Positions 41,432-51,438 of a DNA stretch of 64,000 nucleotides are shown here, one piece after another. The stretch lies in NCBI GenBank assembly GCA_963663225.1, contig OY760142.1:3008001-3072000 (forward strand), read 5' to 3'. The notes under the pieces are model-generated. The model did not search any database and was not told where the DNA came from. It saw nothing but the letters and a program-made list of their open reading frames with translations. A program made the translations under genes and the position numbers. Position 1 is the stretch's first letter. Each line of letters opens with the position of its first letter. The DNA comes from Nitrospirota bacterium. Its GTDB lineage: Bacteria; Nitrospirota; UBA9217.

Positions 41432-42376
41432 TTATTCCAGAATAAAATATGAAAGCATCCCAAGCGTGGCAAAAAGAAAAGCGCTGCCGAGAAACTCACT
41501 CACGCGGAAAATCCTCATTTTGGCAAGGCCGGTTTCGATCAAAACCAGGCCGAGCCCCACAATCACCAGTTTGCCCAGAAGAATCAGGAATGCTATACAG
41601 ACCGTTCCGATATCATTATTCAACGCAATCCCGTGGGGAAAGAAGGCCGCGATGCCCAGCGTGGCAAACAGGAAAAGCTTCATCATTCCCGCCCATTCCA
41701 TAAGAGCAAGATGCCTGCCGGAGTATTCCAGGATCATGGCCTCATGGATCATGGTCAGCTCCAGATGTGTGGCAGGATTGTCCACGGGTATTCTTCCGGT
41801 TTCAGCCAGAGCAATCAGAATAAACGCCAGCAGTGCAAAAGCAAGAGACGGCCGCAGAATGGAATATCCCTGAGCAATGGCTGTCACCATATGCGACAGG
41901 GATGTGGATTTTGCCACGAGCGAAACGGCAAACACCGCCATAAGCATGGCCGGTTCCGCCATGGATGAAATGGTCATTTCCCTGCTCGACCCCATGCCGC
42001 CGAAAGCGGTGCCGATGTCCATGCCGGCAAGAGCGGTAAAAAAGCGGGCAATGGCAAAAAGAGCCACCAGGGCGATGACGTCCGCCGCCGCTTCGAAAAC
42101 CAGCTCCGTGGAGACAAGCGGGATAATGCAGCTGGCCAGAACGGAAACACCGAACACCAGATAGGGTGTGAAGCGGAATATCCATGACGCGTTTTCCGCC
42201 AGGGTAACGTCTTTATGAAACAGCTTTACGATATCGCGATACGGCTGGAAGATGGAGGGAGCGGTGCGGCCCTGGGACCAGCACTTTACCATCTTCACCC
42301 ACCCGGTGAAAAGCGGGGCAACAAAGAGAAGGATGGCAATCTGAATAAACTCCATTATAAAAGGACTGATTTTCAA
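41432..42376 (-). CDS. HyfC/HycD-like (NuoH-like) membrane subunit
   Basis: QPYRD, FGGMGSSRE, AETGRIPVDNPATHLELTMIHEAMILEYSG. Confidence 0.92.
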   Translation of the reverse strand: MKISPFIMEFIQIAILLFVAPLFTGWVKMVKCWSQGRTAPSIFQPYRDIVKLFHKDVTLAENASWIFRFTPYLVFGVSVLASCIIPLVSTELVFEAAADVIALVALFAIARFFTALAGMDIGTAFGGMGSSREMTISSMAEPAMLMAVFAVSLVAKSTSLSHMVTAIAQGYSILRPSLAFALLAFILIALAETGRIPVDNPATHLELTMIHEAMILEYSGRHLALMEWAGMMKLFLFATLGIAAFFPHGIALNNDIGTVCIAFLILLGKLVIVGLGLVLIETGLAKMRIFRVSEFLGSAFLFATLGMLSYFILE

Positions 42377-42436
42377 TGTATATCCTCACCACCCGCCGAG
42401 GTGCATTTCCGGCGGCAGTACATACGCACAGCCGTG

Positions 42437-44482
42437 CTATTTTACGAACAGCAGCAGCACCACAATGGTCACAAACGAATAAATAAGATAAATCTGGATG
42501 CGACCCTGCTGGAGCCTGCCGATCCTGCGGGATATCCAGAAGCTTGCGTCAACAACAGGCTGGTACAACCATCCCCAGAAACGGTCCCTCACTCTGAGGG
42601 TATAGTGCAACCGCTCAGGAAACGCGGGATGGGTCTGCGGCGGCAACTGACGAACCTGCTCCTTGATTGCAAAAATGAACCCGAATATTCTGCGCAACGG
42701 CATCGAAAACGAGGTTGCCGTATACTGCATCCGGCTTGTCAGTTTTTTAAATCCGCAGTCCCAGAGAGGCGCGCGGTGAATCGTCGCAGGGCGCGCATGA
42801 AGCAGAAAGTATACTGCGACCACCACCGTCAGAATACATAAAAATGCGATGGGAGCCGAGTACGAAGCCCGCTCATGAGCAATCGGCGTAAGCCACATCC
42901 AGCCGAGCCCCGAGGCGGACGAGGCAATCGCGCCGCCGACCAGATATTCCGCCAAAGGGTCCATCCAGGTAATCATGAACGATGGCAGAATGCCGAGCGC
43001 CAGGCAGCTTAATGCGGCAAGCGCCATGCCGATACGCATGGACCAGTCCGCTTCGTGAACAGGAGCGCGGTGGTGTCCGCGCTGATGCCCCAGGAATGTC
43101 ACACCGAACGCTTTCACAAAGCATGCCGCCGCAAGCGCGCTGGTAAGCGCCAGCAACGCCGCGCCCAACGGAATAAGCACATTTAAAAGCTGGCTGGGAA
43201 GACCGGGAGAAAGCAAAAACGCCTGGAACGTAAGCCATTCGGACACAAACCCGTTAAAAGGAGGAAGTGCTGATATGGAAATACAACCGATCAGGAAACA
43301 GGCGGCCGTCCACGGCATGCTGTGGATCAGCCCCCCCATTTCCTCCATATTCCGTTCATGGGTCGCGTGGAGAACGGCTCCGGCACCCATGAAAAGAAGC
43401 CCCTTGAACATCGCGTGGTTTAATGTGTGATAGAGTCCCGCGAGAAGCGCCAGCGCAGCCAGCAGAGGCATCGAAAATGAGGTGAAGATCATGGCAAGTC
43501 CGATGCCGATAAGAATGATGCCGATGTTTTCGACCGAATGATAAGCGAGAAGTCTTTTCAGATCGTGCTGCATCAGGGCATACAACACGCCCAGTACCGA
43601 AGAGACTAGTCCGAACAGCAGGACCAGGGCGCCCCACCACCAGGGAAAATCACCGATCAAATCAAACGTGACACGGACAATGCCGTAAATGGCTGTTTTC
43701 AGCATAACGCCGCTCATAAGAGCTGATACGTTCGAAGGGGCGACCGGATGAGCTTCGGGCAACCAGACATGCAGAGGAATAATGCCTGCCTTGGCGCCAA
43801 AGCCGAAGAACGCAAGCAAAAACGCCAGTGCCGCGAACCCGGCGGGCAACTCCGCCTCGCGCATGGCATCGAAGGTATAGCTGACGAAACCGGTAAATCC
43901 CGTGGCGAGTCCCGCCATGACGCCGAACGACAACAGTATGGCGATTGCGCCCACGTGGGCCACGACGAGGTAGAGAAATGCGGCCCGTCTGTTTTCCACG
44001 CGCTCATCTTCAAAAAGCACCAAAAAATAAGAGGCTGCAGCCATCAATTCCCAGGAAATAAGGAAGAACAGAGCATCGTCTGCAAGCACTACCAAAAGCA
44101 TGCCGGCAAGGAACAGAATATAAAAGAATACAAGACGGGTGACCGAACGCTGGCCGAGGAAACCTTTGACGTAGCCGATGGAATAGATCGAAACGAACGT
44201 GGCAAGCAACCCTATAACCACCGAAAAAAAGCCGGAGAGCAAATCAAGCCGCAAATGAAATGGAAGGTCGGGAAGGCCGAGCAGAAGAATCGCCCTGCTA
44301 GGAACGGCGCCTGCCGCTGCCCATGCCCCTGCTGCCGCTGCCAGAAAAGACGCTAGCGCGGTACAGGAAAAACAGACGGTGATCAGCCGTCGCTGGTTCC
44401 GGCGCAGCAGGAGTGTCAGAACGAGCGCGAGCAGCAGCAACACGAAAGACACGGACATGATGAGAAGCGGTGAAAACAACAC
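42437..44482 (-). CDS. HyfB-like antiporter subunit
   Basis: WELM, KAG..PLHVWLPEAHPVAPSNVSALMSG, LLAYHSVENIG. Start set at GTG 44482 (GAGGT SD). Confidence 0.9.
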   Translation of the reverse strand: MLFSPLLIMSVSFVLLLLALVLTLLLRRNQRRLITVCFSCTALASFLAAAAGAWAAAGAVPSRAILLLGLPDLPFHLRLDLLSGFFSVVIGLLATFVSIYSIGYVKGFLGQRSVTRLVFFYILFLAGMLLVVLADDALFFLISWELMAAASYFLVLFEDERVENRRAAFLYLVVAHVGAIAILLSFGVMAGLATGFTGFVSYTFDAMREAELPAGFAALAFLLAFFGFGAKAGIIPLHVWLPEAHPVAPSNVSALMSGVMLKTAIYGIVRVTFDLIGDFPWWWGALVLLFGLVSSVLGVLYALMQHDLKRLLAYHSVENIGIILIGIGLAMIFTSFSMPLLAALALLAGLYHTLNHAMFKGLLFMGAGAVLHATHERNMEEMGGLIHSMPWTAACFLIGCISISALPPFNGFVSEWLTFQAFLLSPGLPSQLLNVLIPLGAALLALTSALAAACFVKAFGVTFLGHQRGHHRAPVHEADWSMRIGMALAALSCLALGILPSFMITWMDPLAEYLVGGAIASSASGLGWMWLTPIAHERASYSAPIAFLCILTVVVAVYFLLHARPATIHRAPLWDCGFKKLTSRMQYTATSFSMPLRRIFGFIFAIKEQVRQLPPQTHPAFPERLHYTLRVRDRFWGWLYQPVVDASFWISRRIGRLQQGRIQIYLIYSFVTIVVLLLFVK

Positions 44483-44799
44483 GATTTTTACCTCATTCGA
44501 CACGTCATGCAAAAAGCAGCCGGTTTTTGGACAATTGCAAAGGACGCTCCCTGTTCCCGCGGCCAGCGCTGCGTACAACATCCTGCAGCGTTATCTGAGC
44601 CTACAGAGGTGAGCAACATTTGCGCTGAATTATTATATGGTCGAAAGTGCAGATGCAGTGGTGATGGTATAAGAATTTTTCTGCGGGGATGTTCGGAAGA
44701 GGCTACGGGCAAACAAGACTGCACAAAGGCAGACATGCCAAGACATTCGGTGTACATTAAAAAATCCCGTTCATTAAAAGATCAATCGTTGCTGCAAAC

Positions 44800-44851
44800 T
44801 CAACCGTAACGTACGGTTGATGAAGTATAAACGTTTCGTTTTTTTTGTCAA
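44800..44851 (-). promoter_or_regulatory. sigma70-like promoter of the ehr operon with a palindrome at the predicted start site
   Basis: TTGACA-N16-TATACT (44851-44824), then the perfect inverted repeat TCAACCGTA-N3-TACGGTTGA (44800-44820). Confidence 0.6.
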
Positions 44852-44895
44852 GGAAAAACTCCCCTGCAAGAGCATCCGAGGCAAAAAATACCACA

Positions 44896-47800
44896 TTATT
44901 CGCAAAATAACACTTTTTCAAAAATACTTCTGACAGCAGAACTGTTGTGTTCGTAATCACTGAGAAGCTTGTGGCCTGCCGACACCTCGTCAGTCTTGTA
45001 TCCCATGCGCAAAGCAAGCGAATGCAGCGCCCCGGGGTCCCTGGAGAGTTCACTGGTGGCTTGATTTGCAACAATCCTCATCCTGCTTTCGAGAGTCCGT
45101 ATAAAAAGGTACGCCGTCATCAGGCTCTGATAATCGTTCTGCTCCAGGAGTTTCTCTCGTTCCAGAGCCCTGAGGGCATTGTATGTTCCGGGAACGGTGA
45201 TGCGCGGATGGTGTTTCCCGTGAAGAAGTTGCAGATATTGCACAAGAAACTCTATATCCACAAGTCCTCCGCCCCCCTGCTTGATGTTATAGTGCGTTTG
45301 CTTTTCAGTTCCCAATTCCTGTTTCATCCGCTTGCGCATATCAATGATGTCCTGCGCCAGCGATCGTTTGTCAAAATCCTTGTAAATGAGACCGTGGAGT
45401 AATGTATAAAAATCCGACCCCACGGCACGATCTCCCGCAATAAACCTGGCCCGCACTAATGCCTGCCGTTCCCAGGTGGCCGCCTGGGTTTCGTAATAAT
45501 TTATGAACGCATCGATGCTTTGCACCAAAGGACCTTTGGTTCCCGTGGGACGGAGGCGCGTATCAACGCGGAAAACAAACCCTTCGCGGGTAAGCGTCGA
45601 CAGGTATGCGATGGTTTTTTCTGCCACTTTGTTGAAAAATTCAGGCAGGGTCAATTCCGCGGTAGAAGAAGCGGCACATGACCCGGAAGATACGAAGAGA
45701 ATATCAACATCCGACCCATAGGTTAACTCCCTGCCGCCCAGTTTTCCGACACCGATAACCGCGAGGCCTGCCACACCGTTTGTTATGCCGTATCGCCTGC
45801 CGGTTTCATCGGCCGCCAGTCTCAGCGCGGCTTCGATGCACACTTCGGCCAGTTTCGACAGATCGCGCGATACGGTTGTGATCCGGATATGATAGAGAAG
45901 ATCGGCAACGCCGATCCGTATTTCAGACTGATGTTTGAACCGTCTGAGAGCGTCAAGCTTCTGAGTAATATCGGATGCGACGGACAGAGCATCCTGCAGG
46001 CTTCTCGCAAACAAAGCGTACGTACCCGCCGCCGAGGTCATCCGGGCGTCTATAAGGTTCTGCAGGAACTCCGGCCTGCCGACAATCATCCTCGAAAAAT
46101 ATTCGCTGTTGGCGAAAATTGCCACAAAAATCTTCATCGCTGAGATATCGAGCGTCACGAACGACTGGATCGTTTCCCAGGAACCCTGGGTCGCCAGAAA
46201 AGATTCCAGGTGGTTCAGGGCCATGTCAGGGTCCGGAGAGGTGATGATTTCATGAAACAGGGGCGGAAATATGACCGCGAAGAGTTTTCTGCTTCTCGGC
46301 GTCTGATGAACGAACGCCGGGCCCTCCTGAAGGAGCCGCAGGTTTCGATGCGCCTTCACCGGATTACGAAAGCCGAGGCGGGCAAGCAGCGCAACTGATT
46401 CCTGTTCCGGCGTTTCCGGGTCCAGGAGGACGGCCATGTCTTGAGACGATTCTTCGGCAGCATCCTCGTCGCTCGTGAAAGCGAACAGCTGGTCATAAAT
46501 GCTTCGGACGTTTTTCGTATGCTCCGCATAGTCCCGCAGCAACGACTCGGCTTCCCCTGCCGGCATACGGTATCCCATGCGGCGTGCAAGCGTTCGCAGA
46601 TCGTGTTCGTCCGCAGGCAGCGTCTGCGTCTGGAGATCATCGAGCATCTGCAAACGGTGTTCAACGGTGCGGAGAAAAACATAGGCCCGGGAGAGATCGT
46701 CGTGCTCCTGATACGTAATCAGGCCTTTTTGAGAAAGCATATGAAGCGCTTTGAGCGCGCTCTTTTCGCGAAGCGTTCGGTCTCGGCCCGCATAAATCAG
46801 TTGAAGCGCCTGGATCACGAATTCAATTTCGCGAATTCCACCGTAGCCAAGCTTCACGTCCCGGTGCGTCTTCCCTTTCAACTTCACGTCGTCATTGATT
46901 TTCTGCTTCATGTCCCGGATTTCGGATATGGCGTTGTAGTCCAGATATTTTCTGTACACAAACGGCGTGATTCTCGTCAGAAACTCCGCGCCGACAACAG
47001 CATCGCCCGCCGCAGGCCTCGCCTTGATGAGCGCAGACCGTTCCCAGGTCTGCCCCCAGGATTCATAGTAAATTTCATACCCGCCAAGACTCTGCGCCAG
47101 GGGACCTCTCTGTCCTTCAGGCCGGAGTCGCAGATCGACGCGGAACACAAAACCATCGGCCGTTTTTTCATTAATCGCGGCGCTGATCTTTTCGGCAAGT
47201 TTGATGAAGTATTGATGATTCGTGATCCTGTTCTGGGAGGCGCCATCTCCGGAAAGCACTCCTTCCGTCTCCCCGTCTCTGGCATAGACGTACATGAGGT
47301 CCACATCGGAACTGAAATTCAACTCCATGCCGCCCAGTTTTCCCATGGCGATTACGGCAAATCCGGCCTCCCTGCACTTGCCGTCGACAGCCTCCATCAT
47401 CGGTCTTCCATATTTTTTTCTGAGCCCTTCGTCCGCCCTCATCCAGGCCATCTGCAGGCAGACGTCCGCGAGGTTCGACAGTTCGCTGACGACATCCTGG
47501 AGATCAGCCCTGCCGAGCAGATCGCGGAGCGCAATCCGCAGCATTTCCTGCTTGCGAAAAACACGAAGGATCCGGTAGTATCCTGTGTCATCAGAGCAGC
47601 CCTGCAGCATGGCTGTAAGGCGGTCCATTAATGCGGGTTTGTCAGGAGGCCGGGACAGGAATTCAGTGGGGGAAATGAGCGGCAAAATGGCGTCCGCGGA
47701 CGTGATAAGGAAGGTCGAAAGAAACCGGCTCGCGCCGAAGGTGGTAATAAGACGGAGAAGCAGGAGCCTTTGTGCTCGGCAAGCCGATGCGAAGGATTTG

Positions 47801-48027
47801 ACATCAGTGAGAGCGCCTGCAAAACGCTCAAAGTTATTCAGCGCCATGTCGGGATCGGCGGACAGCTTCAGATCGTTAAGGATGTGCGGCAGCAGCTCAG
47901 CAAAAGCCTCGCCGCCGAACGTTTTTCCAAGAAGGTCAAGGTTTTTGAGGGCACCTTGAGCGTCTTCTATCCCGATGGACTTCAGGTGTTCCTGGGTCAT
48001 TTGCGCGCTCTGTTTGTCAAATGTCAT
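44896..48027 (-). CDS. glnE: Glutamine synthetase adenylyltransferase/adenylyl-removing enzyme
   Basis: Two nucleotidyltransferase halves: MGKLGG.ELNFSSDVDL..RVDLRLRP and GKLGG.ELTYGSDVD..RVDTRLRP; WER.AL. Start is ATG 48027 or 48000. Confidence 0.95.
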   Translation of the reverse strand: MTFDKQSAQMTQEHLKSIGIEDAQGALKNLDLLGKTFGGEAFAELLPHILNDLKLSADPDMALNNFERFAGALTDVKSFASACRAQRLLLLRLITTFGASRFLSTFLITSADAILPLISPTEFLSRPPDKPALMDRLTAMLQGCSDDTGYYRILRVFRKQEMLRIALRDLLGRADLQDVVSELSNLADVCLQMAWMRADEGLRKKYGRPMMEAVDGKCREAGFAVIAMGKLGGMELNFSSDVDLMYVYARDGETEGVLSGDGASQNRITNHQYFIKLAEKISAAINEKTADGFVFRVDLRLRPEGQRGPLAQSLGGYEIYYESWGQTWERSALIKARPAAGDAVVGAEFLTRITPFVYRKYLDYNAISEIRDMKQKINDDVKLKGKTHRDVKLGYGGIREIEFVIQALQLIYAGRDRTLREKSALKALHMLSQKGLITYQEHDDLSRAYVFLRTVEHRLQMLDDLQTQTLPADEHDLRTLARRMGYRMPAGEAESLLRDYAEHTKNVRSIYDQLFAFTSDEDAAEESSQDMAVLLDPETPEQESVALLARLGFRNPVKAHRNLRLLQEGPAFVHQTPRSRKLFAVIFPPLFHEIITSPDPDMALNHLESFLATQGSWETIQSFVTLDISAMKIFVAIFANSEYFSRMIVGRPEFLQNLIDARMTSAAGTYALFARSLQDALSVASDITQKLDALRRFKHQSEIRIGVADLLYHIRITTVSRDLSKLAEVCIEAALRLAADETGRRYGITNGVAGLAVIGVGKLGGRELTYGSDVDILFVSSGSCAASSTAELTLPEFFNKVAEKTIAYLSTLTREGFVFRVDTRLRPTGTKGPLVQSIDAFINYYETQAATWERQALVRARFIAGDRAVGSDFYTLLHGLIYKDFDKRSLAQDIIDMRKRMKQELGTEKQTHYNIKQGGGGLVDIEFLVQYLQLLHGKHHPRITVPGTYNALRALEREKLLEQNDYQSLMTAYLFIRTLESRMRIVANQATSELSRDPGALHSLALRMGYKTDEVSAGHKLLSDYEHNSSAVRSIFEKVLFCE

Positions 48028-48063
48028 TTTTTGTATTATACTGGCAAGTAAGAAGAGATACAA
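48014..48063. promoter_or_regulatory. Bidirectional promoter for glnE and the thioesterase-rnr unit
   Basis: Plus strand: TTGTCA-N17-TATACT (48014-48042). Minus strand: TTGTAT-N17-TATAAT (48063-48035). The -10 boxes overlap. Confidence 0.6.
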
Positions 48064-48065
48064 GT

Positions 48066-48464
48066 ATGAAAGAACTGCGCGACAATCAACGCTGCTTTGT
48101 GTGCGGCAAAAAAAACCCGATAGGTCTTTCCGTAAACTTTACAATCAATCCGGGGTCGCAATCCTTGCAGGCGACATTTATCCCCACGGACAACCATCAG
48201 GGATATGAGGGCATTGTTCACGGCGGAATCTTGTCCGCGCTGCTCGACGAGGCAATGGCAAAGCTCGCCTTCAGCCTTGTCTTCCCGGTCATGACCGCTG
48301 AAATCAACGTTAAATTCAAGTCGCCCGCAATAGTCGGGGAAGAACTGTTCATCACCGGCAAGCTGACCCGGGAAAACAAACGATTGATTCTCGCAGAAGC
48401 GGCCATTACGCGGGGGCCTATCATAATTGCGGAAGCAACGGGGAAATTGCTCAGAATACATTGA
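48066..48464 (+). CDS. PaaI-like hotdog-fold thioesterase
   Basis: CFVCG..NP.GL, HQGY.GIVHGG...ALLDE. Start set at ATG 48066. Confidence 0.88.
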   Translation: MKELRDNQRCFVCGKKNPIGLSVNFTINPGSQSLQATFIPTDNHQGYEGIVHGGILSALLDEAMAKLAFSLVFPVMTAEINVKFKSPAIVGEELFITGKLTRENKRLILAEAAITRGPIIIAEATGKLLRIH

Positions 48465-48479
48465 GCGGCGGAAAAATCC

Positions 48480-50624
48480 ATGAAATACACCCACAAACAA
48501 ATCATCGAGAGAATAAAATCCAAAACCGGCAAACCCATGTTGGTGCGTGAACTGATGCGCCAGCTTAAACTTACGTCCGACGACCGGCGGGAACTGAAGC
48601 ACGCGTTAAACGAACTTGTGCTGAGCGGCGATATCGTTAAAACACGCGGAAACCGCTACGGCCTTCCGGACAAAATGGACCTTGAAACCGGCATATTCCA
48701 GGCCCACCCCCAGGGTTACGGGTTCGTCATCCCCGAGAAAAAAGGCAAACAGGACATTTACATTTCGAGCCGTGGCCGCCTTGATGCCATGGACGGCGAC
48801 AAAGTTGTGGTCCGTGTCTCGCCGCTTGCCGGCAGAAAAAAAATCCTCGGCAAGCGCGAAGGCATGATTATCCGCATCCTCGAGCGAGCGCACACCCGGG
48901 TTGTTGGAACGTTCGAACTGCCGGAGCAACGTACCAGCGCGTATGGTTTCGTGACTTCCCACGATCCAAAAATATCGCAGGACCTGATTGTCAGCAGCGA
49001 AAATGCAAATAACGCAAAATCAGGCGATATCGTCTCCGCCGAGATCATTACCTATCCCCTGCGCGGCAGACCGCCGGAAGGGAAAATCACCAGAATCATC
49101 GGCAGGTCCGGAGATCCGGGCATTGATTCAGAGCTGATCATTGAACAGTATGAACTTCCCGTCCAGTTTTCCCCCGCCGTCCTGAAAGAAGCAGACAGCA
49201 TTCCGCAGCAGGTGACCGCTGCCATGATAAAACAGAGGCGGGATCTGCGGGAACTGCAAACGGTCACCATTGACGGTGAAAAAGCGCGCGATTTCGATGA
49301 CGCAATCTCGATCGAAAAAATCAAAACAGAGTACCGACTGTGGGTCCATATCGCGGACGTGGCCCATTATGTCAAGGAAGGCACCGGCCTCGACGAAGAA
49401 GCATACCAGCGCGGCACGAGCGTGTATCTGCCGGACCGGGCCATTCCGATGCTGCCGGTCGCGCTCTCGAACGGCATCTGCAGTTTGAACCCAAATGTGG
49501 ACCGTCTCACCCTCACCTGCCAGATGGATATTTCTCCCACCGGCGAGGTCGGAAAATATGACATCTATGAAAGCGTCATCACCAGCAACGAACGCATGAC
49601 CTATACCGACGTGAGCGAAATTCTTGAAAATCTAAACCCGGATCTGCGCAAACGATACCACGCACTTATCCCGGCATTCGAGCTTATGAATGAACTTATG
49701 GAGATCATGCGCGCGAAGCGCTCAAAACGCGGAAGCATCGATTTCGATCTGCCCGAACCGGAAATTGTGCTCGATCTGCAGGGACGCATTACCGACATCA
49801 TCAGGTCCGAACGGAACATGGCCCACCAGATCGTCGAGGAATTCATGCTCGCCGCAAACGAGACCGTTGCCCGGCACATCGAGGATAAGGAAGCGCCCTT
49901 TATCTACCGGATCCACGAAGAACCCGCAGAGGACAAACTGGCTGATCTTGCGGAGTTTCTCGCCACACTCGGCATGACACTGCCCCAGACAAAAAAAATC
50001 CGGCCTCTGCACCTGCAAAAAGCACTGGCAAAAGCCAAAGATACCCCTGAAGAAACGTTGATTAATACGGTCTTGCTCCGCACTATGAAGCAGGCTCGCT
50101 ACTCTGAAGAAAACGTGGGTCACTTCGGCCTCGCCGCGGAAACATATACGCACTTCACCTCCCCCATACGACGCTATCCTGATCTCATCGTCCACCGGAT
50201 ATTGAAGGCGGACATGCGGGGCAAACTGAAAGACAGCACCTATACGGAAAAGCTTGCAGAGACGCTGCCGGATGCGGCCATACACTGCTCTGGCCGGGAA
50301 CGCACAGCCATGGAAGCCGAGCGGGATGTGGTAACCATGCTGAAGCTCCGCTTTATGGAAGACAAACTGGGTGAAGTGTATGATGGAATCATTACCGGCG
50401 TGACACAATTTGGGTTTTTTGTTCAGTTAAATGGATTATTCGTCGAAGGGCTGGTCCATGTATCGATGCTTACAGATGACTACTACCACTACATTGAGAA
50501 GCTCCACTGCCTGCGGGGAGAGCGTCGCAAGCGTACGTACCGCATCGGGGATGCCGTCACCGTCCGAGTCGATCGTGTGGATACGGTGAAAAAGAGAATC
50601 GATTTTTCGTTGTATAAGAAATGA
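48480..50624 (+). CDS. rnr: Ribonuclease R
   Basis: N-terminal HTH, GYGF cold-shock domain, TIDG..ARDFDDA, HFTSPIRRYPDL, S1 domain. Confidence 0.96.
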   Translation: MKYTHKQIIERIKSKTGKPMLVRELMRQLKLTSDDRRELKHALNELVLSGDIVKTRGNRYGLPDKMDLETGIFQAHPQGYGFVIPEKKGKQDIYISSRGRLDAMDGDKVVVRVSPLAGRKKILGKREGMIIRILERAHTRVVGTFELPEQRTSAYGFVTSHDPKISQDLIVSSENANNAKSGDIVSAEIITYPLRGRPPEGKITRIIGRSGDPGIDSELIIEQYELPVQFSPAVLKEADSIPQQVTAAMIKQRRDLRELQTVTIDGEKARDFDDAISIEKIKTEYRLWVHIADVAHYVKEGTGLDEEAYQRGTSVYLPDRAIPMLPVALSNGICSLNPNVDRLTLTCQMDISPTGEVGKYDIYESVITSNERMTYTDVSEILENLNPDLRKRYHALIPAFELMNELMEIMRAKRSKRGSIDFDLPEPEIVLDLQGRITDIIRSERNMAHQIVEEFMLAANETVARHIEDKEAPFIYRIHEEPAEDKLADLAEFLATLGMTLPQTKKIRPLHLQKALAKAKDTPEETLINTVLLRTMKQARYSEENVGHFGLAAETYTHFTSPIRRYPDLIVHRILKADMRGKLKDSTYTEKLAETLPDAAIHCSGRERTAMEAERDVVTMLKLRFMEDKLGEVYDGIITGVTQFGFFVQLNGLFVEGLVHVSMLTDDYYHYIEKLHCLRGERRKRTYRIGDAVTVRVDRVDTVKKRIDFSLYKK

Positions 50625-50879
50625 GAGTTGCCTCACCTTTTCTTGCTGCAACCACAACTACCATCCCTTTCTGAGCAAAATAAATTTTGACATCGAACAG
50701 CTACTTTCCTAAATATGCTGCGCATATCAATATTATATTCAAGTATTAATATTTTTCGTTTTATGCTATATTTTTAGAAATACAAACTTCTTCCTGGACT
50801 GTGCAATGGCGTGCTACTCTCTAAAAGTGTAAGGTTCAACTCGAATTCAATAGCCATTATCCTAAAGAGGGATACCAAG

Positions 50880-51362
50880 ATGCGAGTAATTGCGAATATG
50901 ACTATATTTTTGTTTTTGATTGTTTTCTCGTCCTCTTGTTGGCCAAATGATACTTATATAGTTGCTGCCACAGGTAAAAAACTTGAAGTAAAAGCTTCAG
51001 TTGTTCCTAAATTTCTAGCATTTATTGAAGACAAAAGCAAAATCGAAGGACAGATAACGATAATAAATTTAACATCTTCACCTCAAAAATATAGCAATAA
51101 GTTTCTAATATTAAAAGTAAACGGTAGCTTAGATTCTAGAACTTACAAAAATGTAATTTATTCGGATTTCATTGACTTTGGACTTGTTGAAATCAAACCT
51201 CAATCTTCACTCTCGCTTCCTGCCTATTGGGTCTTCAAGGCATCTACAAACGCAAAAGTTGATTCAGTTCAGCTGTTTCTCGATGAAGAAGGAGTCGAAA
51301 AGCAAAAGGTGTCGATTGCGGCAACAGATAAACTATTACGCCAATATAAAGATGCTAAATAA
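50880..51362 (+). CDS. AT-rich hypothetical exported protein, probable integron gene cassette ORF
   Basis: AGAGGG SD before ATG 50880, signal-like N-terminus, visibly AT-richer than its neighbours, followed by an attC site. Confidence 0.7.
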   Translation: MRVIANMTIFLFLIVFSSSCWPNDTYIVAATGKKLEVKASVVPKFLAFIEDKSKIEGQITIINLTSSPQKYSNKFLILKVNGSLDSRTYKNVIYSDFIDFGLVEIKPQSSLSLPAYWVFKASTNAKVDSVQLFLDEEGVEKQKVSIAATDKLLRQYKDAK

Positions 51363-51382
51363 TATCACCTGAAGTAAAACAA

Positions 51383-51438
51383 TACTAACAAATCGTTCCA
51401 CGCCGACCGCTTCGTAGCGTGTGAACTCGTTGTTATTC
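51383..51438 (+). mobile_element. Integron attC recombination site (solitary)
   Basis: TACTAACAA-ATC-GTTCCAC-GCCGACCGCTTCGTAGCGT-GTGAAC-TCG-TTGTTATTC: R''/R' pairing (TAACAA/TTGTTA), L''/L' pairing with one extra C, unpaired spacer and terminal loop; 56 bp. Confidence 0.8.
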
